Shown in pieces: positions 11,809-22,911 of a DNA stretch of 64,000 nt. This DNA is from Calditrichia bacterium (GTDB lineage Bacteria; Calditrichota; Calditrichia; JAJRVZ01): assembly GCA_963796965.1 (NCBI GenBank), contig CAWCNS010000005.1, positions 544,001 through 608,000 on the forward strand, read 5' to 3'. The notes below the pieces were generated by a model. It was not told where the DNA came from. It worked only from the letters and a program-made list of their open reading frames with translations, and searched no databases. Each line of letters begins with the position of its first letter. Positions within the stretch are counted from its first letter, which is position 1. The translations under genes and the position numbers were made by a program.

Positions 11809-12038
11809 GTCCCCAAAGGGACTTCATATTATTGGCTATCATTAATGCTATAAACATTAAGTCCCTAACGGGACCTTTGTCATAGGATTAATCCTGCTGT
11901 GAATGTTTTCCATATCTCTACACGACAACAATCGCTTTCCTGAACGAAACAGATATGAATTTACCTGATCCAATGTCTCGTTAGAGACATTATGTTTATA
12001 GCAATATCCAACCCGAATATTTTTTGTCCCGTAGGGAC
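11809..12038. repeat. Four REP-like hairpins downstream of the Y1 transposase
   Basis: GTCCCCAAAGGGAC (11809), GTCCCTAACGGGAC (11861), GTCTCGTTAGAGAC (11975), GTCCCGTAGGGAC (12026). The middle two share an inverted GCTATAAACAT flank. Confidence 0.75.
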
Positions 12039-12050
12039 AAGATGCTATTT

Positions 12051-12512
12051 CTAAACAATATCCTTAAAAATATATCTCTCATCATATGGGACATTATATT
12101 TTTTTAAAAATTCGACATATTCCTGCTTAAATGTTTTCTTTTTATGATGTCTCTCCTGGTTATTAATATAATTTACTACATAATCAATTTGAGAATGAGA
12201 ATAAGAGAATGCCCCAAATCCGGATTGCCACTTAAATTTTCCCTTTACTAATTTTTGCGAATTAATCCATTTTGACGAATTTTCCTTGATATCTTTTAAC
12301 AAATCGGAAACAGATTGAACAGGTTTCATCCCGATAAAAATGTGAATATGATCGGACACACTATTTATTGCAATTAATTTATGCTTCTTATTTTGTATGA
12401 TTCCTGTTATGTATTTGTTTAATTCTTCCTTCCAATCACTTCTTATCAAGCTCATCCTGTTTTCTACAGCAAAGACGGTTTGGATATATAGTTTAGTATA
12501 CGTATTAGCCAT
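12051..12512 (-). mobile_element. tnpA: IS200/IS605-family Y1 HUH transposase (TnpA/RAYT-like), no tnpB adjacent
   Basis: HUH motif DHIH, WQSGFGAFS, catalytic Tyr helix YINNQERHH. Confidence 0.9.
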
Positions 12513-12581
12513 ATCTGTCCTTCTCTAGTTTTTTACAATATTCCTAATCCCAATCCCAGATATCATCTATCAATCCGGGAA

Positions 12582-13920
12582 TCATTCCTCCCTCTCAAAA
12601 TATTCCCTGGTTACACTAACGATCACAGGCGTCAGGAATAATAATCCCACGAGATTAGGAAAAGCCATTAGAGCATTAAAGAGATCAGCCACAGCCCAAA
12701 CCGTTTCCAATTCCGATATGGCCCCGACTAAAACAAAAATCGTAAAAATATAGCGATAGGGTTTTATTGCTCTGACGCCAGCCAAAAACTCAATCGATTT
12801 TTCTCCATAGTAGGACCAGCCTAGAATTGTAGAAAAAGCAAACAAGGCCAAACCTATAGATACGACATACTGCCCAACCTGGCTCCCAATGCCAGTTGAA
12901 AAAGCCACCGTTGTCAACGCCGCTCCTGTCATGCCACTGCTCCATTCCCCACTGACAATTAAAACCAAACCTGTCAACGTGCATACAACGATCGTATCGA
13001 TAAATGTCTGTGTCATGGAGACAAGGGCCTGGGATACAGGATGCTTGGTTTTAGCGGCAGCAGCAGCAATTGGCGAACTGCCAAGACCGGATTCATTAGA
13101 GAACACGCCGCGGGCAACACCCATTCGAATTGTGAGCATCACCGAAGATCCCAAAAATCCCCCGACACCGGCGGTCGGTGTAAAAGCCTGGGAAACAATT
13201 AAATTTATTGCTTCAGGTATCAGAGAGATATTTATTAATAGAATAAATAAGGCAGCACCCATATAAAAAATTATCATGATCGGTACCAAAACTCCCGTAA
13301 CCCTGCCAATACTTTTTATACCCCCAATAATCACCACAGCAGTAGCCAGAGTGAGTACGATTCCCGTCACCCATGGAGGTAAATGAAAACTACTCTCCAG
13401 GGCATCGGCAACGGAATTGGATTGCACCATATTACCAATCCCAAAGGCGGCGATTGCTGCAAAGAGAGCAAAGAGGATGCCCAGCCATTTCTGGTTTAGG
13501 CCTTTACTTATATAGTACATTGGCCCACCACTCATCATACCCTCTTCATCAATTTCACGGTATTTTACAGACTAATACCGCTTCGGCATATTTTGTAGCC
13601 ATCCCAACTAATCCGGTTATCCACATCCAGAAAAGAGCCCCTGGACCTCCGGCAGCAATTGCGGTTGCTACACCGGCGATATTCCCCGTTCCAACTGTTG
13701 CTGAAAGCGCAGTCATTAAAGCTTGAAAATGGCTGATATCCCCTGGCTCATCGCCATCTTCTTTTCTTTTTATTAGGGCAAGATATAAAGCATGCCAGAG
13801 TTTTGTAAATTGGATCCCTCTCAGACGTAAGGTCAACCATATACCGGTTCCGACCAGCAGTATGATGAGAGGATAACCCCATAAAAATCCGGCGACTGTA
13901 CTAACAATTTCATTTACCAT
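12582..13920 (-). CDS. Alanine/glycine:cation symporter (AGCS family); indel near 13560
   Basis: [51 protein letters not shown]. Confidence 0.93.
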
Positions 13921-13974
13921 TTGATACTCCTGTTGATAAAAACATGTTGTTCTGGGTACAACTTACTATATTCA

Positions 13975-14113
13975 GGATATTGGATACTGGATACTGGATA
14001 CTGGATACTGGAAATTCTATCCTACTTAAAAGACTTTCAAGTAAAAGTTTAGTTATTTCAATACTGTCTCACAGTAAACACATCAAGTCACCAGAATCGA
14101 GTATCCAGCATCC
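13975..14113. repeat. Heptamer tandem repeat (GGATACT x4) with inverted partner arm
   Basis: GGATATT(GGATACT)4 at 13975-14009; complementary AGTATCCAGCATCC ending at 14113. Confidence 0.8.
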
Positions 14114-14124
14114 GGTATATAGTT

Positions 14125-14785
14125 TCACTCCCTCTTATAAATCACTGCTAATCCGTCATTTTTCTCCAAGGAAGCGCGGATAAAAACCACGTCATATTTT
14201 GGATCACCGCGGACATAATTCAAGAATTCTGACATGGCCGAGGAGAACTGTATTACATTGTCAGCGACAATCATCGCTTCTTTTTTCATCTTTGGCTCGA
14301 GTAATTTAAAATAATCAAAGTATTCACTTTTAGCCGCATCAATAAAAACAAAGTCGATACCATCCTCAAGCGTAGAAATTAATTTTAAGGCATCACCTTC
14401 AAGGCAGGTAACCGTTTTTTGTAAATTTGTCTTTGCAATATTCTCCCGGCATTTTCTTATCATATCTGAATCTATATCAAGTGTAACAAGATGTCCTCCA
14501 TTCTCCTCTAATGCCAGACCCATATGAATCGCACCATACCCCGTTGCCGATCCGATCTCAACGGCATATTTTGCTCCACTGGATAATATCATTAACCTTA
14601 GAAAGCGGGCATCACCAGGTGTGGTATTTAACCCACTCCGCCGAAAATTCTTTATTAAGGCTCTCCCTCTCCTCTTCAATTTTTAAAGGACCATCGTTTT
14701 CCACAAGCGATCCGTTCTGCGCCTGGCAGGCCACTATTCCGAATAGAAATGGAATCAATAATACGACTCTTTTAGTTAGAAACAT
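14125..14785 (-). CDS. O-methyltransferase (Methyltransf_3/COMT-like) with apparent lipoprotein signal peptide; indel near 14665
   Basis: EIGSATGYG, DFVFIDA.K, ADN motifs. The upstream frame gives MFLTKRVVLLIPFLFGIVAC. Confidence 0.85.
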
Positions 14786-14928
14786 GATTATTATCTCCAC
14801 AAAAATGTTTCACGCAGCGGCGCAACGCCACAACGAATTTATCCACGACAACTTAACTTCGATATTAATAACCACCATTCAGATATTCTTAAATTGAGAT
14901 TGGTAACTATATTGATAGTGTATATATA

Positions 14929-14977
14929 TAACGACACGATTAATCGTGTCGCTACCCCACACATATTTGCATTTCAT
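14929..14977. repeat. Left ~50-bp REP-containing inverted repeat flanking the APC permease
   Basis: TAACGACACGATTAATCGTGTCGCTACCCCAC...TTTGCATTTCAT; near-exact reverse complement at 16713-16762. Confidence 0.85.
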
Positions 14978-15098
14978 TCCTGATAAAATTTCTATTTTAA
15001 CTATCTATATTCTGTCTTCTCTCTTCTCTTTTCCTTCGACGCTCTTCTCAACATTCTCCACCCTCTACCCTCCACACTTTACCCTCAACGTTCTACAT

Positions 15099-16487
15099 CT
15101 AACGCTCTCTACGAACATTTCTTTCCCAAACAAAATAGATCGGTACACCTATTAATATCGTTACGATAGCAGCTGTAGATTCCATTGGTCGATGAATATA
15201 TGCGATGACCATCAACGATAAACTGCTGAACAGATAAAAAAGTGGCACAAAGGGATATCCCCATACCTTCACTACTGTATCATCACCTATTCCCTTTCGA
15301 CGTGCAAAGAACAAGCCCAGGATAGCCAGCCAGGGAAAAACATTTAATGCAAAACCAATATAGATCAGCAACTGTTCAAATGATCCAATGATTACCAGGA
15401 AAATAGCTATTCCACCCTGGATTATAATAGAGTGTCCAGGTACTTTATAACGGGGATGTACTTTTGCCGCAAACGAAAAAAACATACGATCTCTGGCCAT
15501 GGCGAAATAAACTCTCGGACCTATCAGGATAAATGCACTGAGAGATGAGAGCAAAGCCACACTAATTATTATCCCTAATATATCTCCCATCCAAGCTCCG
15601 AAAGTTTTAACGGCTGCTGCTTCAACAATAGCAATCGTTCCTTGCGCTTCGACAAATGAGAGTGAAGTGAAAATGAAAAAGTTAAGAGATATGTAAAGAA
15701 TCACAACGATCACCGTGCCAACAACCAGAGATATGGGAAGCGTTCTCTTAGGGTTTTTTAATTCACCGGCAATATAACTGCTGGCATTCCAGCCGCTGTA
15801 TGAAAACATCACAAGCATCATCGCCACGCCAATTCCCATTCCCGTATCCGGCGAATCGAAGGACGATTGAAGCGCAGCTACCCCACCTCCCATCAAATAT
15901 CCGATGAGTGCCAAACCGCCAATGAGCAGCACTTTTAAAACAGTTAAAATATTTTGTACCAGAGCACCGACACGGAGACCAATATAATGAATAGACATGA
16001 ATATCAGAATAACCATAATCGCAATCGCTTTTCTGACTAGTATCAAATCAAATGGCAAAGATCCATCTTCTATATTCATACCGGCGAATAAATAGGCAAC
16101 AAAACTGAGAGCGGAAGCAGCAATGGGTGCTGAAAAACCAACAAAAAAGCTGGTCCATCCTGTCAAAAAACCGAGTGAAGGATGGTAGATTCTTTTCAAA
16201 TATACATATTCACCACCCTCTTCAGGCATCCGTGTTGCCAATTCGGAATAAGTAAGAGCACCTGATAAAGCAATCATTCCTCCCAAGAACCAGCATCCAA
16301 TTACCCAGAAAGCATTTGGTAGATTTTCGGCCATAATGCCAGAGGTAGTAAGAATTCCAGTACCAACCATATTTGCGACAACAATCGCTGTTGCTGAGAA
16401 GATTCCCAAATTGCGGGTTATTTGACCGTTTTTGATCTGTTTTTGCATTAGTTTCTGGATTATTTTGGATGGAATGAAAATTATCAT
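15099..16487 (-). CDS. APC family amino acid permease
   Basis: NMVGTGI, YSELATRMPEEGGEYVY, FSYSGW, ELKNPKR motifs; about 12 TM. Confidence 0.93.
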   Translation of the reverse strand: MIIFIPSKIIQKLMQKQIKNGQITRNLGIFSATAIVVANMVGTGILTTSGIMAENLPNAFWVIGCWFLGGMIALSGALTYSELATRMPEEGGEYVYLKRIYHPSLGFLTGWTSFFVGFSAPIAASALSFVAYLFAGMNIEDGSLPFDLILVRKAIAIMVILIFMSIHYIGLRVGALVQNILTVLKVLLIGGLALIGYLMGGGVAALQSSFDSPDTGMGIGVAMMLVMFSYSGWNASSYIAGELKNPKRTLPISLVVGTVIVVILYISLNFFIFTSLSFVEAQGTIAIVEAAAVKTFGAWMGDILGIIISVALLSSLSAFILIGPRVYFAMARDRMFFSFAAKVHPRYKVPGHSIIIQGGIAIFLVIIGSFEQLLIYIGFALNVFPWLAILGLFFARRKGIGDDTVVKVWGYPFVPLFYLFSSLSLMVIAYIHRPMESTAAIVTILIGVPIYFVWERNVRRER

Positions 16488-16712
16488 AATTCTATCAAAG
16501 ACGCAAAGACGCAGTAAATTAAATTTAAAGGAGCATACATTAGTAGAGAGTAGAGCGTGGAGTGTTAATCGTGAAGCGTTGGGAGTAGCGGCGCACAGCA
16601 GTGCGTCGATTGATCAGCTGGCACAAAACCAATGGGAAAAGAGATTGGGGAAGGGAGAAGACAGAAAACATGAGACAAAACAAAGAGAGTTAATCGGCAG
16701 ATATTTAGAGGT

Positions 16713-16762
16713 ATGAAATGCAAATACGTTGTGGGGTAGCGACACGATTAATCGCATCGTTA
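16713..16762. repeat. Right ~50-bp REP-containing inverted repeat flanking the APC permease
   Basis: ATGAAATGCAAATACGTTGTGGGGTAGCGACACGATTAATCGCATCGTTA; GTAG followed by a palindrome. Confidence 0.85.
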
Positions 16763-16839
16763 ACATACGATATACACCGATCACTGAGAAGTTGACGACA
16801 ATAACAATTCAATTACTAATTACCACAAGTCTGCGAAAT

Positions 16840-17431
16840 TTATTGTGGATAAAAAATATAGACATTATCCATTTCAGGGAAGGTTTCTACTCTGGACAGT
16901 TTATAGTCAGCTTCTGAGACAGAGGCTATCAGATCATCTTTTTTCATAAAATGATCATGTCCCTTGCCCCATCTCTCCGGATCACGGTCAATGATTACAA
17001 CGGGTGCCCCAGGTTTTAAATAGTGTTTCAAATTTTGCATAAAATCAACAGGCTCCGTTAAATCATGGTAAACTATAATCATCACAACCATGTCCAGATT
17101 ATGGACAGGAAAAAGCGGATCATCAGTTTCGCCTAGCACCGTTACAATATTGTCAACACTGTCTTCTTCTGACCTTTTGGCGGATCGTCTTTAAAACTGA
17201 CTTTTTAATATCATTGGCATATATTTTTCCGGTGGGTCCTACACGCGTGGATAATTTAAATGTGAGGTACCCCTCACCTGCCCCAACTTCACCGATCACC
17301 ATTCCTGACTTCACGCCAATCGTATCCAAAACCAGTTCGGGCTGCAGCTGTTTGTCCCGCCGACTCCACTGAGAAGAGCAACTGCTACATAGGAAAAAGA
17401 CCAGGCCAATAATCAGACATAACTTTTTCAT
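16840..17431 (-). CDS. Class I SAM-dependent methyltransferase with apparent lipoprotein signal; indel near 17165
   Basis: EVGAGEGY motif I, VGPTGKIYANDI, LKPGA. N-terminus MKKLCLIIGLVFFLCSSC. Confidence 0.85.
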
Positions 17432-17702
17432 TTTTGGAGAGTCCTGAGAAAAGTTCAAAGCTGAATTACAAATTACTAATTACGAATTCACTCTTTGTAA
17501 TTCCTACTTTGTAATTCGTATTTGGTAGATTTGGTAATTGATAATTGGTAATTGGTAATTGATAAGGTATACGCAGGTCATTTAGAAAAGATGCACATCA
17601 TAATGATAGTAGAAGTTGTAATATTATATTCGGCAATTATGGAAAAATCACCTCCCCCTCCTTAGTAAAGAGGAGGAAGAAAGGGGGAGTTAATTTTATC
17701 TT

Positions 17703-18585
17703 TTAATCGATTTTTAGTGTTTTAATTTCCCACGGCACAATGATCTTCCCCGGTTGATTGACTTCATCTTTAACCCGCATAAGCGAAATGCCAATATATC
17801 GCTTTGATTTTTGAATGTTCTCTGCCCAATCATCATAGGGTGTATCAAAAGTTGTCATTCCCCGTGTGGTTGATTCGCGGACAATTATTTTTCCTTCATT
17901 TTTATATATCATCCACATATGAGCGGCGAAAATATTGTCCAACTTTTCGAAGATTAATACTCCGATATCCCCTTCTTTCAGATTTTTCTTTATCCTTGCC
18001 AAATCTTCCTTTGGAATGTAGTCGATCGTAATCTCCCTATCCGGCATCACATATCTCATATCGGTTATTCCCTTATTTTTAAAAAATTGATCATGAGATA
18101 TGGTACGTGTTACCTGTTTTGTCATGGAACCACCAACTTTTTCTGTCACATCTTCCAATAGCCAATCATTCTCTGGCATCCAATCTGCCATGGTATAATG
18201 ATTTCGTGTACGCATCCCGATCATGCCATCCTTATAACGGATCTGCTGCAGGTTGTTGAAAAAATTATCCCAGCTATCGGAGATCGAAAGTGCCAAAACA
18301 TGCTCGCAATAAACCATGCAATTGGTTGAATCAAAATTCACCAGAGGATAAGGCTCATAAAGGGCGTTTTTTCCATCTCCGGTACATGTCCAGGAATAGG
18401 GCATTTCTAAAAAATATTCTGAATAATACTTCATCTTCTCCGTGATTGTCAGATTCTTTTTCGATATTTCTAACAATAGTTGATCGATTTGCTGACGTTG
18501 TCATTTCAGTAAATCGTTTGGGCTCCTCAGCACAGGCGATTAAGATAAAAGAAAAAAGACAAAAGAAAAATGACTTTAGGTGCAT
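17703..18585 (-). CDS. DUF1460 / AmiA-like permuted NlpC/P60 amidase lipoprotein; indel near 18480
   Basis: S.YFL.MPY, FDSTNCMVYCEHVLAL, RY.DG...RNHY..DW, conserved His. Lipobox ILIAC in the upstream frame. Confidence 0.75.
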
Positions 18586-18669
18586 GCTCTGGCTCCGAAT
18601 TTATTGATTTGAATATGGGAATATATGAATTTGGGGGTTAAGATGTGCGGATTTTTTATCTATATTGAG

Positions 18670-18842
18670 AATAGAACGCGGATGACACGGATAACGCGGA
18701 TTTTCACAGATAATTTATATTCCCTTTATTTATTACATAGAGAAATGAATCTTAGAGATTTTGAAATATCATTAATATAAAATCAATTAATTAAAATAAA
18801 ATCCGCGAAGATCCGCGTTATCCGTGTCATCCGCGTGCTATT
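18670..18842. repeat. Inverted-repeat element with 9-nt ACGCGGAT/ACACGGAT tandem arms
   Basis: AATAGAACGCGGATGACACGGATAACGCGGAT... pairs with ...ATCCGCGTTATCCGTGTCATCCGCGTGCTATT. Confidence 0.85.
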
Positions 18843-20909
18843 CTAGCTCTGAAATTGAATACGACAGTTGTCGATAATTGATTGTGCCTTCTTTTTCAAT
18901 TCAAGAACAAAATGGTCATCCTCATGTAATGCCTTCTGACAGGCCTCGAGTGTATTATAATAGAGGGCCCAGCCATTCACTTCTTTCTCATACACATCCT
19001 TCATGTCATTTTCGATAAAATTGATCGTTTTTTGAATGCGCGCAGCTCCGCTTACCATAAACGCCTTGGCCTCAGAGATCTTATTATGGGCTAATAGTGA
19101 AGCGGCTTTAAGGGCGAAACGTAAAAAAACAACTGTTATAGGGATTTTGGAAACAAAACAACCGGTAAACGGATCGATTATTTCCTTAATGCTATCTGTA
19201 TCTTTTTCAAGAATGTCTGCATAAGCTGTAAAGAGTAAAATACGTGTATAATCACCAATTAATTTTCCGGTTGCAGCCATTGCCATCGCTTCCTGGGCGA
19301 AGGCCTCCTTATCATGGCGCATAATTAATCCACTCTGATGAAGATAGGCCAATCGATTTTTCTGATTCTGAAATGTGGAAAGAATATAGGCCTGATCCTC
19401 AGCTCGGCCAAAGAATGAAGGGGTGAAGGGTCTGTATTTAAACAGACTTTCCACCAATATTCCATTTGTCCCACCGGTGACGTGGATACGTTCACTACAA
19501 ACATCCTCACCATAATGGGTAGTTGCATCGGAACGTGTCATCATTTCCGCTTGAGTGGAAATGGCCTGAGGAAGTTTGCTAAAAAATATAAACTCATCAT
19601 TTGACGGATGATTTATTGGGATTGGTACATCGGGGGTAAATAGACCTTTTGAGATATCCTTCTCATTGACTAAGGCGCCGGCAATCATTCCCAGATGAAC
19701 CGGGTGCCCCTGATGGTCCACCCCATCTGCTCCCCATAAGGGTGAGCAGAGATGCTCAAACGCCGATTTTCCGGTTTCCCGCACCAAATCGTCCTGCGGA
19801 AAAATCTGATCAAGGTCTATCTTAAACGTTGCCCGTTTTATAGGATCAATAAAAGTAAGCCACAAGGCATTGATCGCTTTTAAAAAACTATAATGCCGGC
19901 CATACATGCCATCTACCCCAAGAATTTTTAACAGATTCGTGCATTTCTCTTCACCTATACCAAGAAAATGGGTAGCTGCCGGTACCAAAACATCATTAAT
20001 TAACCTCTGTGTCTCTGTTTCAGTGAAAATATACAGATCAATATTTTCTAATGAGCCCGATTTCTGGAATTCTTCTTCAATATAGGGCTTTGCAATTTCA
20101 TGCAGTCGTTCGTGTGTTACAGATGCAGATAAGACACAGGTTATCGTTTCATCAGCATTCAAATTCTTATTTTTTTTCTCATAGGCAACAGCATCGTTTA
20201 AACCCTTCATGCCATATAGCACTTCATTTTTCTCAGGTTCAATACCTATAGGAATTGGATGATCATACCAATACAATTGCTCTTCATTTGTGGCTTTATC
20301 AAGTATGTCAACCATAGATTTATTATAACATGAAGAATTTAGATTGTTTTTGGCGGTGGGGATTGTCAGAAGAATATTAGAGGTAAAAAGTATTTCCTTT
20401 GCAGGAGAATTAATAGGATTTGGATTCGGGGTAATCGTGGTGACGATGCGCTTTTTTTTTAGATTCTCAATACTGGAAGGGATACTTTCTCTTAAATAAG
20501 CGCCTTCCGGAAAAAACAATGCCCAGGTTTGTTCAGCAAAATCCTCATCGCTCATGTCAGTCTTTTCTGAGATACGCTGGCTTATAGTACGAACCTGATC
20601 TAAAAATTCTGGGACTAAGGCAAAACTCTCTTCAATTTCCTGGCGTATTAACTGCAGCCCCCTCCTGTAGAACTCTAAAACGGAATTTGTGTCCTGACCA
20701 CGAAACGTCATCAAGGAGAGGTGATGCTCTGCCTTCGGATCCCCGGAGAGGGCTAAAAGAAATGCCCGGTTAATACCAGTAAGATCTTTTGTCTCATTTG
20801 ACAGGGAATTTGTATCACCATCTGCTTTCTTATTTTCTGTATGGTTAAGCAAAGCCTGAATTATTTGCTCGAAATCTTTCCAGGAATCATCATTCATTAT
20901 TAGTCCCAA
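18843..20909 (-). CDS. Hypothetical 688-aa protein with GT-A-like motifs
   Basis: Long intact ORF; DLD, TGGTNG, AED and RHD motifs occur in GT-A order. Confidence 0.6.
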   Translation of the reverse strand: MGLIMNDDSWKDFEQIIQALLNHTENKKADGDTNSLSNETKDLTGINRAFLLALSGDPKAEHHLSLMTFRGQDTNSVLEFYRRGLQLIRQEIEESFALVPEFLDQVRTISQRISEKTDMSDEDFAEQTWALFFPEGAYLRESIPSSIENLKKKRIVTTITPNPNPINSPAKEILFTSNILLTIPTAKNNLNSSCYNKSMVDILDKATNEEQLYWYDHPIPIGIEPEKNEVLYGMKGLNDAVAYEKKNKNLNADETITCVLSASVTHERLHEIAKPYIEEEFQKSGSLENIDLYIFTETETQRLINDVLVPAATHFLGIGEEKCTNLLKILGVDGMYGRHYSFLKAINALWLTFIDPIKRATFKIDLDQIFPQDDLVRETGKSAFEHLCSPLWGADGVDHQGHPVHLGMIAGALVNEKDISKGLFTPDVPIPINHPSNDEFIFFSKLPQAISTQAEMMTRSDATTHYGEDVCSERIHVTGGTNGILVESLFKYRPFTPSFFGRAEDQAYILSTFQNQKNRLAYLHQSGLIMRHDKEAFAQEAMAMAATGKLIGDYTRILLFTAYADILEKDTDSIKEIIDPFTGCFVSKIPITVVFLRFALKAASLLAHNKISEAKAFMVSGAARIQKTINFIENDMKDVYEKEVNGWALYYNTLEACQKALHEDDHFVLELKKKAQSIIDNCRIQFQS

Positions 20910-20918
20910 ACCCCTCTA

Positions 20919-22829
20919 TCAATCATTTGGATAGATGTTGTTTTCCTCGAATCGATCTGGAATATGCTTATTTCCCAACTTCATACTTTCAATTTCACCA
21001 TCATGCTCAAATTTGATTGTAAAAGTCTTCTTCCCATTTTTCCAGACCGCAGCCGTCTTTTTAATGTTTATTCCTTCTTCTTCTTTGAAGTTGACTTTGA
21101 GTGAAATCGGTACTGGGAGGGTTCCGGCATTTTCAATAACCACTTCCGTATGGCTGTCTTCACTCCGAACAGATCTGATAGCCAAATCCGGATATCCCCG
21201 GCTAAAGAACCATGGATTCCAGAACCAGGTTAGTTTTTCACCATGCACTTCATCAAAAGTAAAAAAGAAATCATAGGGTGACGGATGTTTACCATTCCAT
21301 CGACTCATGAAAGTTTGTAACGCATTTTTAAAATTATCCTTCCCCATGAGATCCTCTAATATGACATAGGCAATTGCCGGTCGACCATAGGAGGCAGAGC
21401 GTAGAGCCCTCCCACCAAACATGGAGGATGGTGTCATAAGTGGAAGATCAATCTCCCGCCCCGCTGTTTTCTCATATTGACTGACTTCTCTCGCTAACCG
21501 GTCATAACCGTCAGCCATTCGATTCTGAAAATCAAGATCCAGCATAACAACCATACCCTCATCCATCCAGGCATACTTGGTCTCATTTGTACCCATATAA
21601 AAAGGAAAATAGGTATGGGAAATTTCATGAGAAGTAAGACCCATAGTCCGTGCCTTTGTTCGGGTTGTTCCATCATTAGCCATCATCGGAAACTCCATTC
21701 CCCCACTCAATCTGCTATTATAGACAGTAAATTGTGGATAAGGGAATGCGACACCAGGCAATTCAAAGGATAGATAAGATATCGTCTTTTTTGCAATATC
21801 AGCAACTTCATATAATTCTTTAGATTCTCGTTTATAGACACCTTCGATCATTACTCTTCTATTATTTTCCTCATCTACCAGAAGGCTTGTTGCATCCCAC
21901 AGATGATTACGGCTCAGGGCGAAGGCAAAGTCCGGTACATAAGAGGCTTTAAAGACCCATGTATTTTGATCACGTTGAATTGTTACCGGACCCTCTAAAT
22001 AATCATCTTTGGAAATGATATGAATGATATCATCCGCATTAAAAGACTTCTGATATCGCTTCAATATCTTTTTAGGGTAAACTTCTTTTGCATTTTGAAG
22101 TAGTCCTGTTGCCCAGACTAAATAATGACCAGGGGCCGTAATTTCAACTTCATAATCCCCGAATTCATGATAGAATTCCTGGCTACCTGTATGGGAGTGC
22201 ATATCCCAACCATCGATATCATCATACACAGATATTTCCGGATACCAATAGGCGACAAACATCGTAGAATCACCCTCTGCCCCCATTCGTTTTCGGCGGG
22301 TCTTTTCAGGAATTAAATTTTCCCATTCCACTTCAAATTCAAGGCTTTTGTCTGGCACGAGTGGCTCAGATAATTCAATGGTCATTATAGTGCCATTTCT
22401 GATAAGTCTCAGGTCGGTGCCAGATAATGGGTAATTATTATCATTAATTTTGAGATCTTTTAACAAAACACCATCATGGATGTCTGCCGGATCTAATTGA
22501 GAATCACGAATGCTGCCTTTTTTATAGCGATCCTGATACAATCGCACAACTAATCTCCTTAATGTATCCGGACTGTTATTGTAATATGTAACCTCTTCTC
22601 TTCCCATTATTTGATGCGTAAGCGGATCGACAGAAACTTTTATTTTGTAGTTTGGGTAGTTTTGCCAATAGTCTTCACCGGGTGCGCCATCCCTTGAGCG
22701 CGTGTCATTGCTGTATGCTTTCTCCATTTCAAGTGGAATATACAAGTCATCTTGCGAGAGGGAGGACGATGCATAGATCAGTATAAACACAGCGATTATT
22801 AAATGAGTCCCATGTCTATAAATTTTCAT
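20919..22829 (-). CDS. Secreted M1 family metallopeptidase
   Basis: Signal peptide, GGMEFP, HEISH...WMDEG zinc motif. Confidence 0.92.
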   Translation of the reverse strand: MKIYRHGTHLIIAVFILIYASSSLSQDDLYIPLEMEKAYSNDTRSRDGAPGEDYWQNYPNYKIKVSVDPLTHQIMGREEVTYYNNSPDTLRRLVVRLYQDRYKKGSIRDSQLDPADIHDGVLLKDLKINDNNYPLSGTDLRLIRNGTIMTIELSEPLVPDKSLEFEVEWENLIPEKTRRKRMGAEGDSTMFVAYWYPEISVYDDIDGWDMHSHTGSQEFYHEFGDYEVEITAPGHYLVWATGLLQNAKEVYPKKILKRYQKSFNADDIIHIISKDDYLEGPVTIQRDQNTWVFKASYVPDFAFALSRNHLWDATSLLVDEENNRRVMIEGVYKRESKELYEVADIAKKTISYLSFELPGVAFPYPQFTVYNSRLSGGMEFPMMANDGTTRTKARTMGLTSHEISHTYFPFYMGTNETKYAWMDEGMVVMLDLDFQNRMADGYDRLAREVSQYEKTAGREIDLPLMTPSSMFGGRALRSASYGRPAIAYVILEDLMGKDNFKNALQTFMSRWNGKHPSPYDFFFTFDEVHGEKLTWFWNPWFFSRGYPDLAIRSVRSEDSHTEVVIENAGTLPVPISLKVNFKEEEGINIKKTAAVWKNGKKTFTIKFEHDGEIESMKLGNKHIPDRFEENNIYPND

Positions 22830-22911
22830 TTTATACCTTTTAATTTTAGATTATCTGGAATTAGAATGGCTATAATTTAGAGGATTTTTACATTTGTGCC
22901 AAGTGAATCAT

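Noticed and set aside
12051..12512. IS605-type element with TnpB/omegaRNA
   Set aside because: No tnpB or iscB ORF is adjacent to either Y1 transposase.
17651..17691. CCCCTCCTTAGTAAAGAGGAGG hairpin (similar one near 27250-27272) as a specific terminator or riboswitch
   Set aside because: There is no U-tract or recognisable aptamer. It is probably another dispersed palindrome family, with too little evidence to call.
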